Of a stretch of DNA of 64,000 bases, positions 42,989 through 51,752 are shown piece after piece; within the stretch, counting starts at the first letter, position 1; each line of letters begins with the position of its first letter. The notes below the pieces were generated by a model. It saw nothing but the letters and a program-made list of their open reading frames with translations, had not been told where the DNA came from and did no database searches. A program made the translations under genes and the position numbers. This DNA comes from Microcoleus sp. (GTDB lineage Bacteria > Cyanobacteriota > Cyanobacteriia > Cyanobacteriales > Microcoleaceae): contig JAYFMW010000029.1 in the NCBI GenBank assembly GCA_042408215.1, forward strand, positions 64,001-128,000, in the 5' to 3' direction.

Positions 42989-44416
42989 TTATGGGGTGTT
43001 CGCTAATTCTAATTCCTCTTCCGATTCATCCCGGACTCTGAAGTAGTAAAAGAGATTCGCAACAGCCAAATCCGAGGCTTTCTTCAAGTTGGACAATACT
43101 AAACTTTTATGACCCGCTACTTCCCCTTGCTTAATGATATAATCTTCATAATTTTTACGTTGCTGCCGATCGAGCATTAATTCCAGTTGAGTGCGAAGCG
43201 CATAAAAATGAGACTTGGGCCGCAAATTTTCATAAAATAACTGTTCGTCTGGTATTGCTAAAGCTGTTGTGGCTGATTTTTTATCCCCAATAACAGCTAA
43301 GTGGGATTCACTAAAATCAGCACTTTGTAACTGTTTTAATTCACTTGGCGGCAAAGCTTTCATCCAGTCAATCTGATTTTGCCAAATGTCTAATGCGGCT
43401 AAATCGTGATTGTGAATCCGTGTGATTTCTGGGAAGATAAAATCTAATTCGTCGTCAGAGTCGCAGCCGGCAATTACTGTTAAGCCATCTTGACGGATTT
43501 GTTGTTGAAGTTGAGAAATGCGATCGCCCGCAGCACCAAATTCATTCTGCACCTGATACGTGCCGATAATACTTTGCTCGATCGCCCAACTGCACTCTAA
43601 CCGTCGCAACTGTCCCGCCGCACAAGTTTCTGACAACAAATGCGGGTTTCTGTATGTTGCTAAAGCCTCAAACAACTTCCCCCGCACTTCAACAATCTCC
43701 GCGTTTCTGAGGTCAATACTTAACCGCAAAGCCGATCCCATTTGTTTAATTGCTCCATTAAATGTCTCGTAAGCCTCCCCTAAAACTAGGCGATGGTGGT
43801 CAAATTTTATATCTGCAACCGCTTCGGCAATTAATTTTTTAATTGCCGCGATTTCCCCTTTCACAACTTTTTCTAAGATGATGAATCCTTTTTCTACTTT
43901 AACGTCTAGCCTCTCTACCGCTTTTTTTAGTTTCAATGTCTGGTGCAAATTCACCGCTGACAAGGCTACCCCGGCGAAAGTTCCGACACCAATGACGGCT
44001 GTTGTCGCTTGCAGCACCCCCATACTGGCTTGGACGGCTTGAAAGCCCATGTGAATTTGCTGCCTCTGCACCTCCAAATCAGCTTCGACGGCTTTAAAGC
44101 CCTTGTGCGTTTGGTGCATCTGGAAGCCGCCCAGGATAAGCTGCATGGGCAATACTAAGGGGGAGAGAGGGCCACTATTGAGGGCCACACCCATAGCATC
44201 AACCAGAAATTGGCTATTATTGACGATCGCGCCAACAGCATGAGCTACAAACTGGCTATTATTGACGGCCGCACCCACAGCATGGGCCGCAAACTGTCCC
44301 GTCGCTGCATCTCTCACCATGCTGAGCGGCACTCCAGCGGAGTTAAACACTTGTATGTACTTACCAGCCTCTATTCCAGCCTGTATCGCTGCGGAAAATA
44401 CAAAGTTCGTCATCAA
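42989..44416 (-). CDS. hypothetical helical protein with a hydrophobic segment and short internal repeats
   Basis: 475-aa ORF; QF.AHAVGA.VNNS repeated about three times; ATTAVIGVGTFAGVALSAVNL. Confidence 0.85.
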   Translation of the reverse strand: MMTNFVFSAAIQAGIEAGKYIQVFNSAGVPLSMVRDAATGQFAAHAVGAAVNNSQFVAHAVGAIVNNSQFLVDAMGVALNSGPLSPLVLPMQLILGGFQMHQTHKGFKAVEADLEVQRQQIHMGFQAVQASMGVLQATTAVIGVGTFAGVALSAVNLHQTLKLKKAVERLDVKVEKGFIILEKVVKGEIAAIKKLIAEAVADIKFDHHRLVLGEAYETFNGAIKQMGSALRLSIDLRNAEIVEVRGKLFEALATYRNPHLLSETCAAGQLRRLECSWAIEQSIIGTYQVQNEFGAAGDRISQLQQQIRQDGLTVIAGCDSDDELDFIFPEITRIHNHDLAALDIWQNQIDWMKALPPSELKQLQSADFSESHLAVIGDKKSATTALAIPDEQLFYENLRPKSHFYALRTQLELMLDRQQRKNYEDYIIKQGEVAGHKSLVLSNLKKASDLAVANLFYYFRVRDESEEELELANTP

Positions 44417-44494
44417 TTTTTATCCAGGTAGCATTCGAGAGAATAACTCATCTATTATAGTAATGTAAACGAAAAAATATCTGTAGCGCTGCAA

Positions 44495-47101
44495 ATGGAT
44501 ACTTCAGTAATTAGTCCCCAAACAGTTGAGCTGATTTCGCGACTGACTGGGCAAAAACTTCACCAACAGGATGTCACTCCCCCTGTACTCTTTTTGGCGG
44601 CGCTGATAACGGTGTTGCTGGGAGTCATCCATGCCGACGGTACGCTTAGCGCTGAGGAAACGCAGCAACTGCGAAATTTGATGGAACTTATCCCCGCTAA
44701 CCACAGTTTGCGCCAATTGATAATGCCCATAGTTGATGGCGTGGAAGAACAGCAAATTTACAAAAAAATCCAGGTGTTGCTAGCGATGACAGCGTGTTTT
44801 TCTGAGGAGGAAAAACTGCTACTAATTAGTTTTGGATATCAGATGTCAGCAGCAGATGGAACAATAGACGATCGCGAAACAGGATATTTGACACTTATCG
44901 GTAACAGACTGGAAATTGATTCCCGATACTTGGCAGTTTTGTCAGCGAGTTTTAATAATCAAACAATCAGCGATACAGCAGCTTTAGCAGAAGTCCACTC
45001 GTTACTCGATCCAGCACAATTTCAATCTCTCGATTCTTTGTTTGTCCGTGCTGCTAGTCACATTATTGAAGATTTACCGGCTAAACCGCAATATAAAAAA
45101 AGTCAACTGGATTCAGTTCAGATTATTGAAGATTTACCAGCAAAACTCAAACAGGAAATAAATCAACTGAATTCAGTTCAGATTATTGCAGATTTACCAA
45201 CAGAACCTAAACAGCCAAACAATCAAAATCATTCCGTATCCTCATATCAGGAGTTGGAAAAATTTCAAAAGTATCGTCAAGAACTGAACGCTGTTTGTAG
45301 CAGACTATATTTAACTCTGCGAGATGGAAGCGATCGCAACGTGCTATCTCCTAGTTTAACAGCAGAAGTAGAAAAAGAATCTTGCAAATTGCAATCTCAG
45401 CGGTTTCGCGTTGTTGTCGTCGGGGACTTTAGTAGAGGCAAATCAACCTTACTAAATGCTTTGGTGGGCGAGAAAATTCAACCAGTGCGGGCTACTCCCT
45501 GTAGCGGTACGGTGACTATTTTGAAATATGGATCGAAGCGGCGGGTTATTTGTCACTACAAAAATGGATGTAAGGAAGAGATTTCGCCGGAAGAATATCA
45601 AAAGAAAGCTTCTATTTCTAGAAATGCAGCTTCTGGTTCTATTGCAGATGAAAAAGCCACATCAGAAATCGCAGAAATCGTTTTTGAGCATCCCGAATTA
45701 GAGTTGTGCAGCAATGGCGTAGAAATTATTGATACTCCCGGATTAAACGAACAAGCGGAACGCACATTGGCGACTCAGCAAGTTTTGCAAACGGCTGATG
45801 CAGTTATTTTTTTGACTCAGGCTACCACTGCTTTAACACAGACAGAACAAGAACTGCTTTTGTACTTAAAAAAAGAATTGAATTATGGTGAAGAGAATGA
45901 AGGTGCAAGAAACATTTTTATTGCAGTGAGTTTTTTCGATTGGCTGGAGAGTGAAGAGGATCGCCAGGATGTAAAAAAAAGGGTAGAAAGAATTGTTTAT
46001 GGGGAAAAACCAATTATTGCTGGTAAAAACCGGATTCATTTTATTTCGGCCAAATCAGCACTTAATGCTATTTTGAATGGGACGGAAAATGAGTATGTGA
46101 GATCTTTTCAGAATTTTACCAAATCTCTCGAACAGTTTTTGATAGAAAAACGGGGCGCGATCGCACTTCAGGAATCTGCCGCAGGACTTAAGCAAATCAT
46201 TGATACTGGTTGTGAGGAATTGAATCAATACCAGAAAATGTTAGATGGTAAATTGACCCTTCCCGAAGCAGATAAACAGAAAATATTTGAACAAATAGCG
46301 GAAGTAAGCGGCCGCGATGTAACAATTAGACTCTTAGCAAAAAAACTGAGGGAGGAATGTTTAGAAGAAATTCGTGAATCTTGGAATGAATGCAAGAAAG
46401 GATTGCGAGAACGGATTATTTCACAAAGTGCTAACTGGACTTCTGAACATTCGCACCTTTGGAGTCAAGATAAGCTAACTCGAGATTATGCTAATCAATT
46501 TGTTCGAGACTTAACACAAGATATTGATAACTGGGCTAATCAAAAACTCTGGTCAATTGTCAAAAAATATATACAATTTTTAGATGGCAAAATTAGTGAA
46601 AATATGGAACCGATTCGTGAAGAATTTGAACTTTTTGATAAGCGACTTAACACTAACCTTTTTATTCAATTCAATAACTTCGCAACAGCAGGTAAGCTGG
46701 GTGAATTTAGCAGCATTGGAAGCAGAATAGCTGCATCAATTAGCAATATAGGCGTAGATGTAGGCGGATTCATGGGCAGCACTTTGGGAATTGGTGCAGC
46801 AGTCGGTGCTGCGTTGTTTTATTTGACTGGAGTTGGTACTATTGCAGTTATTTTGGGTGCCTTAGTTGCGGCTGCTGGTGGAGGTGTGGGCTGGGGTTTA
46901 TTAGAAGGCGATGTAGTTAAAGCTCAAATAAAGCAAAAAGTTCGTGAGTTGGGTTTTCCGAAGTTCGAGGAATCTTCACAGTCTATTTTTATTGAAAATA
47001 TACAAGAAAAAATTATTGCAGCATTTGAGAAAAGAACTGAGGCTACTAGCGATGTGATGAAGCAGATAAGCAGAAAATATTTGAACAAATGGCGGAAGTA
47101 A
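44495..47101 (+). CDS. TerB-domain bacterial dynamin-like GTPase (C-terminus displaced by a duplication)
   Basis: TerB motifs (HADG, AADG), G1 GDFSRGKS, G3 DTPG, FISAK, glycine-rich paddle. Confidence 0.88.
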   Translation: MDTSVISPQTVELISRLTGQKLHQQDVTPPVLFLAALITVLLGVIHADGTLSAEETQQLRNLMELIPANHSLRQLIMPIVDGVEEQQIYKKIQVLLAMTACFSEEEKLLLISFGYQMSAADGTIDDRETGYLTLIGNRLEIDSRYLAVLSASFNNQTISDTAALAEVHSLLDPAQFQSLDSLFVRAASHIIEDLPAKPQYKKSQLDSVQIIEDLPAKLKQEINQLNSVQIIADLPTEPKQPNNQNHSVSSYQELEKFQKYRQELNAVCSRLYLTLRDGSDRNVLSPSLTAEVEKESCKLQSQRFRVVVVGDFSRGKSTLLNALVGEKIQPVRATPCSGTVTILKYGSKRRVICHYKNGCKEEISPEEYQKKASISRNAASGSIADEKATSEIAEIVFEHPELELCSNGVEIIDTPGLNEQAERTLATQQVLQTADAVIFLTQATTALTQTEQELLLYLKKELNYGEENEGARNIFIAVSFFDWLESEEDRQDVKKRVERIVYGEKPIIAGKNRIHFISAKSALNAILNGTENEYVRSFQNFTKSLEQFLIEKRGAIALQESAAGLKQIIDTGCEELNQYQKMLDGKLTLPEADKQKIFEQIAEVSGRDVTIRLLAKKLREECLEEIRESWNECKKGLRERIISQSANWTSEHSHLWSQDKLTRDYANQFVRDLTQDIDNWANQKLWSIVKKYIQFLDGKISENMEPIREEFELFDKRLNTNLFIQFNNFATAGKLGEFSSIGSRIAASISNIGVDVGGFMGSTLGIGAAVGAALFYLTGVGTIAVILGALVAAAGGGVGWGLLEGDVVKAQIKQKVRELGFPKFEESSQSIFIENIQEKIIAAFEKRTEATSDVMKQISRKYLNKWRK

Positions 47102-48013
47102 GCGGCCGCGATGTAAAAATTAGACTTTTAGCAAAAAAACGGAGGGAGGAATGTTTAGAAGAAACTCGTGAATCTTGGAACGAATGGCTGAAAGAATTGA
47201 GAGAACGGATTATTTCAAAAAGTGCTAACTGGACTTCTAAACATTCGCACCTTTTGAGTCAAGATCAGCTAATTAAAGATTATGCTAATCAATTTGTTCG
47301 AGAATTAACACAAGATATTAATGACTGGACTAATCACAAACTCTCTGAAATTGTGAAACAAAAAATGGGCGTTTTAGATAACCAAATTCATGATAATCTT
47401 GAACCGATTTGTGAAGAATTTGAACTTTTTGATAAGCGACTTAATACTCGCCTTTTTACTCAATTCAAGGACTTCGCAACATCAGGTAATCGGGGTGGAA
47501 TTAGAATCACTGGAATCGGAATTGCTGCATCAATTAGTTATACAGGCGTAAAGGTAGGCGAATTCCTGGGAATCAGTTTAGGGATTGGTGTAGTCGGTGC
47601 TGCGTTGTTTTATTTGACTGGTGGTGCTATTACAGGAATTTTGGGTCACTTAGGTGCGGGCTGGTGGACGTGTGGGCTGGAGTTTCTTGGAGGGCGATGG
47701 AGTTAAAGCTGAAATAAAGCAAAAAGTTTTTGAATTAGGTTTTCAGCAGTTCGAGGAATCTTCACAGTCTATTTTTATTAAAAATATACAAGAAAGAATT
47801 ATTGCAGTATTTGAAAAAAGAACTGAGGTTACTAGCGATGTTACGTCAAAAGCGATCTCACTGTGGGAAAATTTATTGGAACAGCAGGAAAAGCGCGATC
47901 GCCAAACTCAAGCAGAATGCGAGGCCCAAAAAGTTTGGCTGGCTGACAAACGTCGAGAACTCGAACAAGTACAAAATCAAATTGAGGCTATTTTGAATCA
48001 GAGCGATCGCTAA
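47059..48013 (+). pseudogene. diverged, out-of-frame second copy of the dynamin stalk/paddle plus the native C-terminal tail
   Basis: GAAGCAGATAA.CAGAAAATATTTGAACAAAT at 46265 and 47059 (794-bp period); ORFs 47089-47706 and 47654-48013 repeat the peptide. Confidence 0.8.
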
Positions 48014-48027
48014 TTCAATGAGTAACG

Positions 48028-48075
48028 GGTAAGCACAAAAAAACCATAGTACCTTGTAAATACTATGGTTTTTTT
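48028..48075. terminator. bidirectional intrinsic terminator
   Basis: AAAAAAACCATAGTA ... TACTATGGTTTTTTT between convergent genes. Confidence 0.8.
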
Positions 48076-48103
48076 GGCTATAACCTACTTATTACTGGTG
48101 TTT

Positions 48104-49165
48104 CTACGCCAAAACAGGCACCGGTTGCGGCCAGCGACCCATTACTTTACCAATAACCGCCAATTCTCCCATCAACTTGTCGAACTGATCCGGTGTTAAA
48201 GATTGCGGCCCATCAGACAAAGCTTTTTTCGGATTCGGGTGCACTTCTATCATCAGGGAATCAGTACCAGAGGCGATCGCAGCAAACGCCATTGACGGTA
48301 CAAACTGAGCCCAACCGGTGCCGTGACTGGGGTCAACCATAATCGGTAAGTGAGTCAGAGTTCGCAATACTGGAACCGCCGACAAATCCAGCGTATTCCG
48401 CGTATACTGCCTGTCATACCCGCGAATTCCGCGCTCGCACAAAATCACGTTCGGATTGCCAGAAGCCATGATATACTCAGCAGCCATCAACCATTCTTCA
48501 ATGGTTGCGGAAATGCCGCGCTTCAGCAAAATCGGTTTGTCTTGAGCTCCGACTTTTTTCAACAGTGAGAAATTCTGCATATTTCTCGCCCCGACTTGAA
48601 CCACGTCGGCTACTTCCACGATCGCAGTTAAGTCCGCCGCATCCATAACTTCGGTGATAATTCCCAAACCGCTAGCTTCCCGCGCCGCAGCTAGCAATCC
48701 CAAAGCACTCTCGCCGTGGCCTTGGAAAGCGTAGGGGGAAGTTCTCGGTTTGTAGGCTCCACCGCGCAGAAAATGAGCACCAGCAGCTTTGACGCGCATT
48801 GCCGTTTCAACAATCATTTCTTCGTTTTCGACGGAGCAAGGCCCTGCTACGATCGCGATCGGGTGGTGCAGGCCGATCGTCACAGTTCCTAAAGGAGTAG
48901 CGACTGCTACGGCGCTGGGTTCACCTTGACGGTATTCCAGACAAGCGCGTTTGTAGGGCTTTTCCACTCGCAGCACTTCCTCAATCCAGGTGCTCATTTC
49001 GCGCAGTTGCATGGGTTCGAGCTCGGCGGTGTCGCCCACCAAACCCATGACTACTTTGTAACGCCCGACTATTTTTTCTGGTATCAAACCCCAGTTAGTG
49101 CGGAGATCTTCGTCTAGGCGATCGATTTCGGCTTCTGGAGTGCCGGCTTTCATTACAATAATCAT
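48104..49165 (-). CDS. aroF: 3-deoxy-7-phosphoheptulonate (DAHP) synthase, class I-beta
   Basis: MIIVMK regulatory domain, AGPCSVE, RGGAYKPRTSPY, GARNMQN, DPSHG. Confidence 0.96.
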   Translation of the reverse strand: MIIVMKAGTPEAEIDRLDEDLRTNWGLIPEKIVGRYKVVMGLVGDTAELEPMQLREMSTWIEEVLRVEKPYKRACLEYRQGEPSAVAVATPLGTVTIGLHHPIAIVAGPCSVENEEMIVETAMRVKAAGAHFLRGGAYKPRTSPYAFQGHGESALGLLAAAREASGLGIITEVMDAADLTAIVEVADVVQVGARNMQNFSLLKKVGAQDKPILLKRGISATIEEWLMAAEYIMASGNPNVILCERGIRGYDRQYTRNTLDLSAVPVLRTLTHLPIMVDPSHGTGWAQFVPSMAFAAIASGTDSLMIEVHPNPKKALSDGPQSLTPDQFDKLMGELAVIGKVMGRWPQPVPVLA

Positions 49166-49571
49166 CAGAAAAATGGGTAGAAACCCCGTCTTTTTAGGAC
49201 GGCTTTACAGTTTTAGCGCTACTGCCTTGGGGTTGCTGGACTTGGTGTACTTTTGTAATGTACTTTCGACGGGACACTTACCGTCTCAAGTTTGACAACC
49301 CTGTACACATAGCGTTTTGCACGGGTTGTGCCTCCCTTACGGGGTAATGTTAGCTTCGACCTGTTACAAGAGTTTTTTAGGCTTGCAACACTGTTCCAGT
49401 GACCTTAGAACTGTTTAATCACAAGCGACAGAGCGGGGGACTAGCTACGCATCCGCCCGGTGTCGTGACTCAAATAACGTTTACCCAACGATCGCGTTGC
49501 GGTGGTCTGGTCAGGATGGCTTGCTAGATTTCTCTTACAAGCCTCATGCCGTCAGGGCTGAGGTTCCTGAC
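49166..49571 (-). mobile_element. non-autonomous IS200/IS605 element carrying a HEARO/omegaRNA, no iscB
   Basis: Minus strand GTCAGGA...TCCTGACCAGACC...ACGTT...GGATGC..GCTAGTCCCCCGCTCT...TTAAACAG...GTCGAAGCTAACATTACCCC; plus strand TCAT target, GAAA guide and hairpin; CAAG guide, hairpin and TGAC end. Confidence 0.88.
49335..49571 (-). ncRNA. HEARO / IscB omegaRNA scaffold
   Basis: Ordered HEARO hallmark motifs; 3' boundary approximate. Confidence 0.78.
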
Positions 49572-49781
49572 ATTTTTTCCTTTTTTTTGCTAGATTTGTT
49601 GCGCTAACACACGCATTATGCCACGGATGGAATCAGAAAAATAGATATAAGGGCGATCGACTTGTTTGCAGTAAGGACTTTTTTGACTCTGCGCGGGGCG
49701 GTTCAGAAACCGGGTTTCTGCGTAAAATCTCGTGAAGATGCGTCAATTCCCAGAGAAACCCGGTTTCTTAGACTCAGCGCG

Positions 49782-50243
49782 CTAACTTTTTGGTTTGGCG
49801 GCACGCCACGCTTCTCGCATCCGTCCAAAATTAGTATTGAATTCTTCCCACCCCAGGCTGCTTCCTGGAACTTCTTCATCCCAGGAAGCTGAAAGCAGTC
49901 CGTAGCTCAATCCCAGAACGCCTAGACCAAAACAGCCCATACTTACTAATAAGACTGCTGTGTTGGGTAGGTCAAACAAGCCCTTGCTGACAATTAAATA
50001 ACTCACAAAAAATGTGGAAATTCCCAGGAGTGTCGGTAAGCCGCAAAATAAGGCTATGCGCGATATCATGCGTCTGCTGACTGCTTCTGGGATGGATTGC
50101 GCCTGGGGGCCTGTTTTGTTGGCTTGGGGCTGTTTGTCTTCTTTGACTAGGTTTTCTTGGGGTTCTGCGGGCTTTTTGGGCGTTTTTTTGCGATTTGCGA
50201 TCGGTTCAAACGGTAAGCGCTGGCGGGGTGGTTCGGAGGACAT
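49782..50243 (-). CDS. pam68: PAM68 family PSII assembly protein
   Basis: LPFEP, IPEAVSRRM, two TM helices, SYG.LSASWDE; follows rpsO. Confidence 0.92.
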   Translation of the reverse strand: MSSEPPRQRLPFEPIANRKKTPKKPAEPQENLVKEDKQPQANKTGPQAQSIPEAVSRRMISRIALFCGLPTLLGISTFFVSYLIVSKGLFDLPNTAVLLVSMGCFGLGVLGLSYGLLSASWDEEVPGSSLGWEEFNTNFGRMREAWRAAKPKS

Positions 50244-50339
50244 ATTCTATCTCTAACCTGAAATCTCGAACTTTTATTCTATAAGTCTTGGTGTTTGTCC
50301 AAGGTTAAGGAATATTGTCGCAAATTTTGGCCCTGGTGT

Positions 50340-50609
50340 TTAGCCGCGAATGCCTAGACGAGCAATCAATGCTTTGTAGCGATCGACACTTTGCTTTTGG
50401 ATGTAGGAGAGGAGGCGTTTGCGACGGCTGATCATCAGCATCAGGCCACGGCGGGATGCGAAGTCTTTTTGGTTGATTTTCAGGTGGGCGCTGAGTTTGC
50501 TGATGCGATCGGTCAACATCGCGACTTGCAAGTCGGCTGAACCGGTGTCGGTTTCATGGGTTTGGTATTCGCCCATGATTTCTAGTTTGCGCTGTTGTGT
50601 AAGTGCCAT
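50340..50609 (-). CDS. rpsO: 30S ribosomal protein S15
   Basis: HETDTGSADLQVA...SRRGL...LGIRG. Confidence 0.98.
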   Translation of the reverse strand: MALTQQRKLEIMGEYQTHETDTGSADLQVAMLTDRISKLSAHLKINQKDFASRRGLMLMISRRKRLLSYIQKQSVDRYKALIARLGIRG

Positions 50610-50733
50610 GAATTGAATTTATGTTTTTTTGTACGATTGTCACAATCTGCAATTGTACCACACCGAAAGTGTGAAGGACGATCGCTGCCGGATCGAATTT
50701 GTGGGCTCAAAGGTCGATCGAGCCTGACATCGA

Positions 50734-51357
50734 TTATCGGCTCAAATAGGCGATCGCCTCTCGTATCCAATCATCAGAATTACCTTTCTTCGACAAATTG
50801 CCGTCTTGACTGAGGGTTTGCAGCGCCTGCAAGACTTCAGCCCCAGTATATCCCAAAGCCAGCAAAGTCATCTCGACTTCTTCTTGAATCGCTGCGGGCA
50901 CTCCGGCGGGAATTGATGCTGTCAAACCTGCATCCTGTCGCCATTCTGAGAGTTTACTTTTAAGTTCGAGGGCTAAACGTTCTGCGGTTTTGGTGCCGAC
51001 GCCTGGGGTTTTGGAGAGGATGCGGGTATTGCCGCCGACGATTGCTTGGACTAAATCTTGCAATCCTAGAGTATCTAAAAGTGCGATCGCCAGTTGAGCT
51101 CCAACGCCACTAACACTTGTCAACTGGCGAAATAAATCCCGTTCGGCGGCGCTGCCAAAACCGTACAATACGATTTGGTCTTCCTTAACTTGCTGGTGAG
51201 TAAAGATTTGGGCGATTTCGCCGGTGGGCGGCAGTTGACCGGTGACGCGGGGCAAAATTTGGATTTCATAGCCAATTTGATTGACTTCGAGAGTTAGGAT
51301 GACGCGGTTGCTGCCTTTGGTGATATCGGCGACAGTGCCTTTGAGATAGCTAATCAT
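50734..51357 (-). CDS. ruvA: Holliday junction branch migration protein RuvA
   Basis: [36 protein letters not shown]. Confidence 0.97.
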   Translation of the reverse strand: MISYLKGTVADITKGSNRVILTLEVNQIGYEIQILPRVTGQLPPTGEIAQIFTHQQVKEDQIVLYGFGSAAERDLFRQLTSVSGVGAQLAIALLDTLGLQDLVQAIVGGNTRILSKTPGVGTKTAERLALELKSKLSEWRQDAGLTASIPAGVPAAIQEEVEMTLLALGYTGAEVLQALQTLSQDGNLSKKGNSDDWIREAIAYLSR

Positions 51358-51385
51358 AAAATTAATAATACACGGCTCCTATATG

Positions 51386-51688
51386 GTAAGGTGCGTCGCC
51401 TTCTCTAATCTACAAGTTCCATTCAAGATCTCATATCGTTTCCGGTTGCATCGGAATGATTTAACCACAGAGGCCACAGAGAACGCAGAGGGAGATAAGA
51501 GAAATGAATAATTCCGATGCTATCGGAAGTGATATCACAGCGACGCACCCTACCAATTAGAGTCGCCTTCTATAATCTACAAGTTCCATTCAAGATCTCA
51601 CAGCGACGCACCCTACCAATTAGAGTCGCCTTCTATAATCTACAAGTTCCATGCAATATCTCACAGCGACGCACCCTACCAATTAGAA
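51386..51688. repeat. 63-bp tandem repeat with REP-like GACGCACCCTAC end; first unit interrupted by a palindromic insert
   Basis: CACAGCGACGCACCCTACCAATTAGA at 51536, 51599 and 51662; GCATCGGAAT/ATTCCGATGC inverted pair at about 51448-51520. Confidence 0.8.
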
Positions 51689-51752
51689 TTGCGATTTTCT
51701 CAATGCGTACCTCACTTCAAAATAAAACCGCTAGAGAACGATTTTGTGATTG

